From an uncultured Actinomycetota bacterium (GTDB lineage Bacteria > Actinomycetota > UBA4738 > HRBIN12): 64,000 nt of DNA. This document shows positions 55,290-64,000 of this stretch, piece after piece (the stretch's first letter is position 1; each line of letters opens with the position of its first letter). The DNA lies in the NCBI GenBank assembly GCA_963750945.1, contig CAVVSH010000004.1, positions 547,678-611,677 of the forward strand. Direction: 5' to 3'. Both the position numbers and the translations under genes were made by a program. The notes under the pieces were generated by a model. It worked only from the letters and a program-made list of their open reading frames with translations, was not told the origin of the DNA and searched no databases.

Positions 55290-56885
55290 GTGAGCGAGAG
55301 ACCGGCTGGCGGCGCTGAGGGGGCCGCGTTCGACCAGAGACTCGCGTTGCTGCTCGCGATGGCGATGTTCGTGCTCGTCGTCGACACCTCGTTGATGAAC
55401 GTCTCGATCGCGGCCGTCGTTGATGATCTCGGCACGACCGTGAGCAGTATCCAGTCCGCGATCGCGCTCGAGGCCCTCGTCTCCGCAGCGTTCATCTTGA
55501 TCGGGAGCAAGGTGGGCGACCTCATCGGCCGCAAGAAGGCGTACGTGCTGGGTTTGCTCGCGTACGCCATCGGTGCCCTGGCGATGACCCTCGCGCAGGG
55601 CGTGACCGCGATCGTCGTGTTCTGGGCCGTGATCGGTGGACTCGGCGCGTCGCTCCTGCTGCCCTCGATGCAATCCCTCATCCACGGCAACTTCGAGGGA
55701 GCAGCCCAGAAGCGTGTCTATGCCCTGGTCGGTGCCTCGGCCGCGATCGCCGCGGCGGTCGGACCCTTGCTGGGAGGCTTCATCACCACATTCCTCTCGT
55801 GGCGAGTCGGTTTCCTGCTCGAGGCAGCGATCATCGGGGTCGTGCTGTCGGGTCTCGGTCGCGTCCGCGACGTCCCCTACACCGGACCTCGACACCTCGA
55901 TGCCGTCGGGGCGGCCCTCTCCGTCGTCGGTATGGGCGGACTGGTGCTCGGCATCCTGGTGTGGCAGGAAGGCGGGGAGTCCGTCGTGGCGATCCTGGCG
56001 GTCGGCGCAGTTGCCATCGGATCGTTCGGTTACTGGCTCCTCCACCGCGAGCGAGCTGGGAAGCCGGCGCTGATCAACCCGGATCTTTTCCGATCGAGTT
56101 TGTTCAGGCTCGGCATCACCGGACAATTGCTTCAGCAGATCGCGCTCGGCGGGATGATGATCGCGATACCGATCTTCCTGCAGATGGTGCTCGAGTACAA
56201 CGCGATGCAGACGGGCCTGTCGATAGCGCCCCTCTCGCTCTCGATGTTCGGAGTCGCGCTACTCGCAGGCAAGAGAGCAGGCGCACGGCGACCGAGCAGC
56301 ATCATCCGGTTGGGCTTCGTGCTCCTGTCCATCGGCTTGGCGATGCTGATCGCGATCGTGCCTCGCGGCGATTCAGGCTGGCATCTCCTCGGCCCGTTGG
56401 TGGTCGCTGGCTCGGGGCTGGGCCTTCTCGTGTCCCAGCTCAACAACTACACGTTGTCCCCGATCGATGAGGAGCGGGTGAGCGAGGCTGCGGGTGTGAA
56501 CTCAGCGGGTGGTTCGTTCGGGCTCTCGTTCGGCCTCGCCTTCGCCGGCGCCATCATGCTGGGGACGCTCGCATTCACCTTCACGAACATGGCGGAGTCG
56601 AGCGACGTGTTCTCGCCGGCCGAACAGCAGCGCGTCGCGGACGGGCTCGAGGAGGGTGCGCAGGTCTTGAGCGACTCGCAGCTCGAGGAGCTCCTCGTCG
56701 GTCAGCCGCAGGACGTCCAAGACGAGATCCTTCGGATCAACACGGACGCACGCCCGATCGCACTCCAGGTGGCGCTCCTCATACCGCTCCTCGCAGCGAT
56801 CTGCGGGTTGGTCAACTCGTTCCGGATGATGCGACTCCCGGATCCAGCCCCATCGGAGAGTGGTGAAGGGATGGTCTTGGGCTGA
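55290..56885 (+). CDS. MFS transporter, DHA2 family (14 TMS)
   Basis: 531 aa with MFS motifs (GSKVGDLIGRKK) and about 14 TM helices. Confidence 0.8.
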   Translation: MSERPAGGAEGAAFDQRLALLLAMAMFVLVVDTSLMNVSIAAVVDDLGTTVSSIQSAIALEALVSAAFILIGSKVGDLIGRKKAYVLGLLAYAIGALAMTLAQGVTAIVVFWAVIGGLGASLLLPSMQSLIHGNFEGAAQKRVYALVGASAAIAAAVGPLLGGFITTFLSWRVGFLLEAAIIGVVLSGLGRVRDVPYTGPRHLDAVGAALSVVGMGGLVLGILVWQEGGESVVAILAVGAVAIGSFGYWLLHRERAGKPALINPDLFRSSLFRLGITGQLLQQIALGGMMIAIPIFLQMVLEYNAMQTGLSIAPLSLSMFGVALLAGKRAGARRPSSIIRLGFVLLSIGLAMLIAIVPRGDSGWHLLGPLVVAGSGLGLLVSQLNNYTLSPIDEERVSEAAGVNSAGGSFGLSFGLAFAGAIMLGTLAFTFTNMAESSDVFSPAEQQRVADGLEEGAQVLSDSQLEELLVGQPQDVQDEILRINTDARPIALQVALLIPLLAAICGLVNSFRMMRLPDPAPSESGEGMVLG

Positions 56886-57009
56886 TGTCGCGCATGAACA
56901 TGATCGCGCACGAAGAAGCGTCTGGAGGCCGATCGATCTTTGTTCCCTCGTCGTCGAGGTAAGGGAAGGACAGGACCGTGCTGATCGCAATGATGAGAGC
57001 TGAGTCACG

Positions 57010-59781
57010 ATGACGCCTCCGAGTGACGAGGTAGGTATCACGACCACGGGTCCAGGGTCGCAGGCCTGGCACGGCATCGAGGCCGCGATCGTCGTCAAGG
57101 AACTGGACGTTGAGCCCGAACGGGGCCTCGGCGCCGCCGAAGTTGCAGAACGGCTCAGAACCTACGGCCCGAACCGATTGACCGCGGCGAAGAAGGAGTC
57201 CGGGTTCCAGGCGTTCGTGCGCCAGTACCAAGACTTCATGCAGCTGGTGTTGCTGGCCGCCGCCGTGATCAACCAGCTGGTGACCGGGGACACCGCGACC
57301 ACCGTCGTCCTCGCGGGTCTGACCGTCTTCAACGCGGTCGTCGGACTGCGGCAGGAGGCGAAGGCCGGGGAGAGCGTCAAGGCACTGGCACAGATGATGA
57401 AGACGATCGCCCGAGTCCGTCGCGACGGTCAGGCGATCGAGATCGACGCCGAGGAGCTGGTCCCCGGAGACGTGGTCCTGGTCGAGGCGGGCAACCGAGT
57501 CCCGGCCGACGGCCGGATCACCGTCGCGGCGACGCTCGAGATCGAGGAAGGCGCGCTGACGGGCGAGAGCCTGCCGGTCGCCAAGGCGACCGAGCCGGTG
57601 CCGGGTGACGAGGTCGCCCTCGGAGACCGGACCTCCATGGCGTACATGAACACCTCGGTCACCCGCGGGCGGGGCGAGATCGTCGTGACGGGTACCGGGA
57701 TGCAGACCGAGATCGGCCACATCGCCGACCTGCTGTCGACGACCCAGAACATCAAGACCCCGCTGCAGAAGCAGCTCGACAGTCTGTCGAAGATCATCGC
57801 GGGGATCGCGGGGGTCGCGCTGGTGCTGGTCATCCTGCTCGGTCTGGCGAACGGGGAGACATTCGACACGCTGTTCATCACCGGCGTGGCGCTGGCCGTG
57901 GCCGCGATCCCGACAGGTCTGCCTGCGGTGGTCACGGCGCTGCTGTCGATCGGCACGCGCGAGATCGCACGTCGCAACGCGATCGTGAAGCGCCTGCCTG
58001 CGGTGGAGACCCTCGGCTCGACCTCGGCGATCTGCTCGGACAAGACCGGGACGCTGACGCTCAACAAGATGACCGCCCGCGAGCTCGTGATCCCGGGACA
58101 CAACCGTTTCACCGTCTCCGGCGAGGGCTACGCGATCGAGGGAGAGATCAAGCACGTGGGCGGCAACAACATCGACCTCGACCCCTACTTGCTCCCGATG
58201 ATCCTGTGCGCCGACGCCGTCCTGGACGGGGTCGAGCTGATCGGGGACCCGACAGAGGGCGCCTTGATCGTGCTGGGGGCCAAGGGAGGGCTCGACGTCG
58301 ACGAGACCCGACGGGCCTACCCCAGGATCGCCGAGATCCCCTTCGACTCTGAGTACAAGTTCATGGGCACGTTCCACGAGATGCGGGGTGTGGACGGGGC
58401 CCCGGTCATCCGCTGTTACGTCAAGGGCGCACCCGATGTGCTGATCTCGCGAGGCGGCTCGTACCGGGCACCCGACGGCACGTTCGTGCCCGTCACCGAC
58501 GAGAACCGACAGCTCGCGCTCGAGGCGAACGACGAGATGGCCAAGGGCGGCGAGCGAGTGATGGTGGTGGCCCAGCGCGACTTCGATCCGTCGACGTTCG
58601 ACGCCAAGGGGGATCTGATCGGGCTGGTGGAGGACCTGACGTTGCTCGCGATGGTCGGCATCGTCGACCCGCCGCGGCCTGAGGCCAAAGCTGCGATCGC
58701 GGAATGCACGAGCGCCGGCATCCGGGTCCGGATGATCACCGGCGACCACGCGACCACCGCGGCCGCGATCGGCGGCGAGCTCGGGATCGAGGGCCTCGCC
58801 CTGACGGGGGCCGAGTTCGCGGCGATGAGCGACGATGAGCTGCTCGCGAAGCTCCCGGAGATCGGCGTGGTCGCCCGTGTCGCGCCGGAGGACAAGATCC
58901 GTCTCGTCCAGCTTCTCCAGCGGTCGGGCAACGTCGTGGCGATGACGGGGGACGGCGTGAACGACGCGCCCGCGCTCAAGGCCGCGGATATCGGCGTGGC
59001 GATGGGCATCACGGGCACCGAGGTGTCCAAGGAGGCGGCCGTCATGATCCTGACGGACGACAACTTCGCGACGATCGTGAACGCCGTCGAATACGGCCGG
59101 GGCCTGTACGACAACCTGCTCAAGTACCTGCGGTTCCAGATGTCGACGCTCGTCGCATACATCGCGCTGTTCATCGGCGCCGGCATCTTCAGCGTCGCCG
59201 GAGGGGTCCCCCTGAACCCGCTGCAGATCCTTTGGGTGAACATGGTCATCGACGTCCCGATCGCGGTCGCGCTCGGCTTCGACGAGCCGACGGGTGGGCT
59301 GATGCAGCGTGCCCCGAGACCGGTCGGCGCTCCCGTGCTGTCCGCGGCCAACTGGGTCCGCCTGTGCGTCCAGGGAGCCGTGATGACGGTCGGATCGCTG
59401 GTCGTCTACCAGATCGCCGAGCCCGAGTACGGCGCGGCGGTGGCCTCGACGATGCTGCTGACGACGCTGTCGCTGTTCCACTTGGCGGGGGGCCTCCTCG
59501 CACGGGATCAGGTGAACACGATCTTCGACCGGTCGGCGATCCCGGGGACGATCCAGCTCCGGCGGTACGGGATCGCGCTTCTCGCGATCGTGGCCGTCAC
59601 GGCGCTCGGGTTCCTGCAACGGATCTTCTCGACCGTGTCGCTCAGCTTCTCGCAGTGGTGGATCTGCATCGGCATCGCGGCGACCCTCGTGCTCGTCGAG
59701 GAGCTGATCAAGGTCTTCGTCCGCCGGCGGGCGCGGCGTGGAGTACCGGCGGGCACCGCGAAGGCGATGGTGGCCGCGTAG
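57010..59781 (+). CDS. P-type ATPase, type IIA (Ca2+/cation-transporting, CtpF/SERCA-like)
   Basis: DKTGTLT, KGAPD, TGDHATTAAAI, MTGDGVNDAPALK and MGITGTEVSKEAA motifs; 923 aa with an N-terminal cation-ATPase domain. Confidence 0.9.
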   Translation: MTPPSDEVGITTTGPGSQAWHGIEAAIVVKELDVEPERGLGAAEVAERLRTYGPNRLTAAKKESGFQAFVRQYQDFMQLVLLAAAVINQLVTGDTATTVVLAGLTVFNAVVGLRQEAKAGESVKALAQMMKTIARVRRDGQAIEIDAEELVPGDVVLVEAGNRVPADGRITVAATLEIEEGALTGESLPVAKATEPVPGDEVALGDRTSMAYMNTSVTRGRGEIVVTGTGMQTEIGHIADLLSTTQNIKTPLQKQLDSLSKIIAGIAGVALVLVILLGLANGETFDTLFITGVALAVAAIPTGLPAVVTALLSIGTREIARRNAIVKRLPAVETLGSTSAICSDKTGTLTLNKMTARELVIPGHNRFTVSGEGYAIEGEIKHVGGNNIDLDPYLLPMILCADAVLDGVELIGDPTEGALIVLGAKGGLDVDETRRAYPRIAEIPFDSEYKFMGTFHEMRGVDGAPVIRCYVKGAPDVLISRGGSYRAPDGTFVPVTDENRQLALEANDEMAKGGERVMVVAQRDFDPSTFDAKGDLIGLVEDLTLLAMVGIVDPPRPEAKAAIAECTSAGIRVRMITGDHATTAAAIGGELGIEGLALTGAEFAAMSDDELLAKLPEIGVVARVAPEDKIRLVQLLQRSGNVVAMTGDGVNDAPALKAADIGVAMGITGTEVSKEAAVMILTDDNFATIVNAVEYGRGLYDNLLKYLRFQMSTLVAYIALFIGAGIFSVAGGVPLNPLQILWVNMVIDVPIAVALGFDEPTGGLMQRAPRPVGAPVLSAANWVRLCVQGAVMTVGSLVVYQIAEPEYGAAVASTMLLTTLSLFHLAGGLLARDQVNTIFDRSAIPGTIQLRRYGIALLAIVAVTALGFLQRIFSTVSLSFSQWWICIGIAATLVLVEELIKVFVRRRARRGVPAGTAKAMVAA

Positions 59782-59802
59782 GGAAGAGCACCGATCGAGC
59801 AG

Positions 59803-60725
59803 ATGATGGAGGAGCGAGCGATGGCACGCCGTGAACGCATCCTGAAGCGGCTACTCGTCGAGCCCGGCACGCCGGCCGGGTTGGCGGAACGAGACCCCGC
59901 CTGGAAGGGGGGCGAGGAGTTCGAGCAGCTCTCGGAGGAGAAGCTCAAGGGCACCGCGAAGGACGATCCTGAGGCAGGGTGTCACGGGAGCTCTCGGACG
60001 CGCAGGAGCTCCTGTGGGCGAGCGATCGGTACGCGCTCCTCGTCGTGTTCCAGGCCCTCGACGCCGCCGGGAAGGACTCGACGATCGAGCACGTGATGTC
60101 GGGCGTCAACCCGCAGGGGGTGCAGGTCGTGTCCTTCAGGCAACCGTCGAGCGAAGACCTGGACCACGACTTCCTCTGGCGCATCAACAAGGCGCTCCCC
60201 GAGCGGGGCCGGATCGGGATCTTCAACCGCTCGCACTACGAGGAGGTCGTGGCGCTCCGGGTGCACCCGGAGTGGCTCGAGGGCCAGAAGCTGCCGCCCG
60301 GGCCGCGCGGGAGGGCGTTCTGGAAGGGACGGTACGACGACATCAACGCGTTCGAGCGGCACCTGGAGCGGAGCGGCACGAAGATCGTGAAGTTCTTCCT
60401 GCACGTCTCCAAGGCTGAACAGAAGCGCCGGTTCCTGGCCCGCCTGGACACGCCCGGGAAGGAGTGGAAGTTCAAGGCATCCGACGTCGCCGAGCGTGCG
60501 TATTGGGACGAGAACATGCGGGCCTTCGAGGACGCGATCACGGCGACCTCGAAAGCGTGGGCGCCGTGGTACGTGATCCCGGCCGATCACAAGCGGGTCA
60601 TGCAGGCCATCGTGGCGCGGATCCTCGTTGAGACGATCCGAACACTCGACCTGTCATGGCCTGAGGTGGCCGATGAGGACCGCGCCGAGCACGCGGAGGC
60701 CCGCCGGCAGCTCGCGGCCGAGTGA
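59803..60725 (+). pseudogene. ppk2: Polyphosphate kinase 2 (PPK2) with an apparent -1 frameshift near 59980
   Basis: Frame 3 from GTG 59979 carries the Walker A motif (VVFQALDAAGKDSTI), GIFNRSHYE and a lid module. Frame 1 from ATG 59803 (59 aa) supplies a plausible missing PPK2 N-terminal region and ends just after the junction. Confidence 0.75.
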
Positions 60726-60795
60726 TGCGACGCTCGGAGTGGGTCCTGAGAGGGACATCGCTCAGAGCGACCGACTGGGGCAGTCGCGCTGACCT

Positions 60796-62539
60796 TCAGC
60801 GGAACAGATCAGCGAGACGTCGCGTCACCACCTCTCTCACTATGTCCTCTGATCTGCCGTCGGCATCGAGGGAGTTGAAGGCGGTCACGGCCGCTTTGAT
60901 CGTTGGGTAGAAGTGCGTCGGGTCGATCGTGCGGGTGAGCTCGTACCGCGTGACCTTGCTGCGGACCGGGTCCTTCATCTCGGCGAACACCAAGGAGATG
61001 CCACGGGCGTTCAGCCACTCGTCGAGTTCCTCGAGCATGTCCGCGGCGGTCGTGTCGACGTCGGTGATCGGCTCAGCGGCGATCACGATCCAGCGCACGT
61101 CTGACCCCTTCGCGAGCTCGGTGACCTGCTCGCTGAACGTGCGGGCGTTCGCGAAGATCAGGGGTGCGTCGAACCGGAACAGAACGAGTCCGGGCGTCGT
61201 GGCCGCGTCTGGATGATTGGCCACGTCGTGGAAGCCAGCGAGCTGAGGCGTATCCCCGAGGATCGCCTGGTACGGCCACCAGGTCCGGCGGAATACGTTC
61301 AATATCGAGACGGCGACGGCGATCGCGATCCCGGGGAGAACGCCGAGGAGCGCCACTGCCAGGAACGCGATGACGGCGAGCCACGCTTCCGTCTTCCGTT
61401 GCTTCCAGAGGCGGATGATCCCTGAGACATCAGCGAGAGACAACGATGCCGCGATCACGACGGCCGCGAGGGCGGGCTGGGGCAGGTTCCGCAGAAGTCC
61501 GGGGACGGCCACCAAGATCAGCACGATGGCGCCAGCTCCCACGAGACCTGCGACCTGCGTCTTCGCCCCGGCCTGCTCGGCCACGGCGGTCCGGGATCCG
61601 CTCGTGCTCACCGGGAACCCCTGGAACAGTCCCGCGGCGACGTTAGCCGCGCCGATCCCGATCATCTCCTGGTCCCCGTGGACCCGGTCGCCGGCGCGGG
61701 CCGCGAACGCCGATGCCGTGGAGATGGTGTCCGCGAGCGCCACGAACACGATGCCGAACGCTCCGGCGACGAGGAGGGAGAGGTCAGACAACGCGACGCG
61801 GGGGATCGTGAACGGGGGGAACCCGCTGGGCAGCGGTCCGACCACGGACACGCCTGACGCCGTGAGGTCGAACAGGTTCACCGCGAGGATCGCCAGCACG
61901 ACGGCGACGAGGACCGCGGGGACCCTCGGCATCGCGCGTTGGAACACGAGGATGAGGACGAGTACGCCCACCCCGACCGCCAACGACGCGGTCACCGTCT
62001 CACCGCTGCGTGACGCCGCGAACGAAGCCCCGGAGCTCGGGGACGAATCCGTCGGCATCCACCGAAAACCCGAACAGCTTCGGGAGCTGGCTGACGAGGA
62101 TCGTCAGAGCGAGGCCGTTCATGTAGCCGATCTGGGTCGGCTTCGAGAGGAGGTCCGCGATGAACCCGAGCTTCGCAGCGCCGGCCACGAGCATGATCGC
62201 GCCGACGAGGAGCGCGAGCATCGACGCCAGCATGACGGCCTTCGCTGGATCGCCATTCGCCCCGACGAGCGGGAGGATCGTCGCGGCGATCATCGGGCCG
62301 AGCGATGAGTCGGGGCCCAGCACCAGGATCTTCGACGGTCCCACCACGGCATACGCGGTGAGACAGAGGATGGAGGTGTAGAGACCCGTGATCGGCGGAA
62401 GACCGGCGAGTTCGGCGTAGGCCATGCCCTGTGGCACGAGCAAGGCGGTCAGGACGAGCCCGGCGACGACATCCTTCGCGAGCCAGGCGCGCTCATACCT
62501 GCGGAGGACACGGACGCCAGGCATCGCCGTGCCTTTCAC
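60796..62539 (-). pseudogene. SulP-family anion transporter with a C-terminal STAS domain, split by an apparent frameshift near 62000-62010
   Basis: The N-terminal 179 aa (62000..62539) and the C-terminal 420 aa (60796..62058) are the two halves of one SulP protein in adjacent frames. A single-base change joins ...LRGFVRGVTQR to ETVTASLAVGVGVL.... Confidence 0.75.
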
Positions 62540-62671
62540 CGACGCCTGTGATACTCGTCGTCAGAGACGATGCCAGCGGTACTCGTGTCTTCGCCACCGC
62601 CTTCGGTTCGGATCGGTCGCGCTAGCTCGACGGTCGCGCGACAGGTTGCCGATCGCGTCCTTCGTGTGGAC

Positions 62672-64000
62672 TCAGGGCAGGCTCCCCGCGACCATGTCCA
62701 CCCACCTCGGTCGCTGGTCGAGTTGGGCGTCCAGATTCATCGCAGCATTGATCAGCGAAAGGTGCGTGAACGCTTGCGGGAAGTTTCCGAGCTGCTCGCC
62801 CGTCAAGCCGATCTCCTCTGAGAAGAGACCAAGATGGTTGGCATACGTGAGCATCTTCTCGAATATGAGCCTCGCCTCCTCCAGCCGACCAGCCCGGGTC
62901 AACGCGTCGACGTACCAGAACGTGCAGATCGAGAACGTCCCCTCAGAGCCTTGCAATCCATCGGGTGAGGCACTGGGGTCGTATCGGTACACGAGGCTGT
63001 CGGAAACCAGTTCGTTCCGCATCGCGTCGAGCGTCGACAGCCACATCGGGTCGCGCGGGGCGATGAACCCGACAAGCGGCATGAGCAGGTTCGAGGCGTC
63101 GAGCACCTGCGAGTCGTAGGCCTGCACGAACGCCGACCGCTCCTTGCTCCACCCCTTCTCCATGATCTGCTCGTAGATCCGGTCACGCTCCATCATCCAG
63201 CGCTCGAGATCGCTTGGCCGGCCAAGGGTGCGTGCCATCCGCACAGCCCGATCCAGCGCGACCCAGGACATCAGCCGGCCGTAGGTGAAGTCCTTTCGAC
63301 CCCCGCGGGTCTCCCAGATGCCCTCCTCCGGTTGATCCCAATGCTGACAGAGCCAATCGACGATCCCGCAGAGCTCGATCCAACCCTGATGCCCCAGCGT
63401 CAAGCCCCGCAGGCTCGCCAGGTAGACCGAGTCGATCGCTTCTCCGTAGATGTCCAACTGAAGCTGGTCCGAGGCTCCGTTCCCGATGTGGACAGGTCTC
63501 GATCCCCGATAGCCCTCGAAGTGATCGAGCACCTCCTCGTCGAGATCTGGTGAGCCGTCGATCCGGTACATGATCTGGAGAGGCCCGGAGCCACCCCGGG
63601 CCTGTTCGCTCATGCGATCGCGGAGCCAGCGCATGAAGGCCTCGGCCTCCTCCGTGTACCCGAGGCCCAGCAGTGCGTACACGGAGAACGAAGCGTCGCG
63701 GACCCACGTGAAGCGGTAGTCCCAGTTGCGCTCTCCACCGACCTGCTCGGGGAGGCTGGTCGTTGGCGCTGCGACGAGCGCCCCGGTCGGTGCGTACGTC
63801 ATGAGCTTGAGGGTGATCGCCGAGCGATCGACGATCTCACGCCACCGACCGTCATAGGTTGACTTCCCGACCCACTCGCGCCAGAACCGCACCGTCTTGT
63901 TGAACATGTCGAGGACGTCTTGCGCATCGAGCTTCCGAGACTCGGTCTTCGTCCCCGTCTCCAGAACAAACCCACTCACCTGTCCGGCGCGGAGGCTCCA
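62672..64000 (-). CDS. Glycoside hydrolase family 15 (glucoamylase/trehalase-like); N-terminus beyond the window edge
   Basis: The GH15 catalytic (alpha/alpha)6 domain has NWDYRFTWVRDASF and ...ICTFWYVDAL motifs. The frame is open upstream to nt 64000. Confidence 0.75.
   Translation of the reverse strand, partial: WSLRAGQVSGFVLETGTKTESRKLDAQDVLDMFNKTVRFWREWVGKSTYDGRWREIVDRSAITLKLMTYAPTGALVAAPTTSLPEQVGGERNWDYRFTWVRDASFSVYALLGLGYTEEAEAFMRWLRDRMSEQARGGSGPLQIMYRIDGSPDLDEEVLDHFEGYRGSRPVHIGNGASDQLQLDIYGEAIDSVYLASLRGLTLGHQGWIELCGIVDWLCQHWDQPEEGIWETRGGRKDFTYGRLMSWVALDRAVRMARTLGRPSDLERWMMERDRIYEQIMEKGWSKERSAFVQAYDSQVLDASNLLMPLVGFIAPRDPMWLSTLDAMRNELVSDSLVYRYDPSASPDGLQGSEGTFSICTFWYVDALTRAGRLEEARLIFEKMLTYANHLGLFSEEIGLTGEQLGNFPQAFTHLSLINAAMNLDAQLDQRPRWVDMVAGSLP

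Noticed and set aside
56886-57009. Possible operator palindrome (GCGCATGAACATGATCGCGC) upstream of the P-type ATPase
   Set aside because: The dyad symmetry is imperfect and there is no recognisable regulator motif, so the evidence is too weak.

Overview
This is a high-GC (~68-70%) segment of an actinobacterial-type chromosome, densely coding on both strands, with GTG starts common and Shine-Dalgarno motifs usually present. Gene functions are assigned from recognisable family motifs read by eye, because no database search could be run. I support about 70 protein genes, one ncRNA (RNase P RNA, rnpB) and several repeats and hairpins, and I found no CRISPR array or rRNA. The only tRNA-like feature is a degenerate 3'-fragment near the HNH gene (see the findings). 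The main contents are:
- Urease structural genes: a fused ureAB plus ureC, with no ureEFGD accessory genes nearby.
- ChrA and SURF1.
- Two sets of 2-oxoacid dehydrogenase genes. One is a complete lpd-E1alpha-E1beta-E2-lipB-GNAT operon. The other is an E1alpha-E1beta-lipA operon with no E2.
- gcvT, a LuxR-type response regulator with a hybrid histidine kinase, a DUF59 protein and a rhodanese.
- A membrane-protein cluster: RDD protein, an Asp-rich protein with 11-residue repeats, two paralogous small membrane proteins, GlsB/YeaQ, YihY/BrkB and PLDc_N-SHOCT.
- Two arylsulfatases with a formylglycine-generating enzyme (FGE).
- A long minus-strand operon running from atsD through DUF4239, a membrane protein, DUF1622 and a PAP2 phosphatase to a kinase-like protein.
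- Tandem DUF6325-like paralogs with a SHOCT partner, an HdeD protein translationally coupled to a Na+/H+ antiporter, a Ca-type P-ATPase, PPK2, a SulP permease and a partial GH15 glycosidase.

Five genes show apparent single-base frameshifts: the SDR, a small membrane paralog, the FGE N-terminus, PPK2 and SulP. These need checking as assembly indels versus true pseudogenes. No obvious defence island was seen. The most system-like unexplained unit is the operon of RDD protein, 11-residue-repeat protein and small membrane protein, with its frameshifted paralog 3 kb away. Coordinates of non-ORF features were derived by hand and may be off by 1-3 nt.
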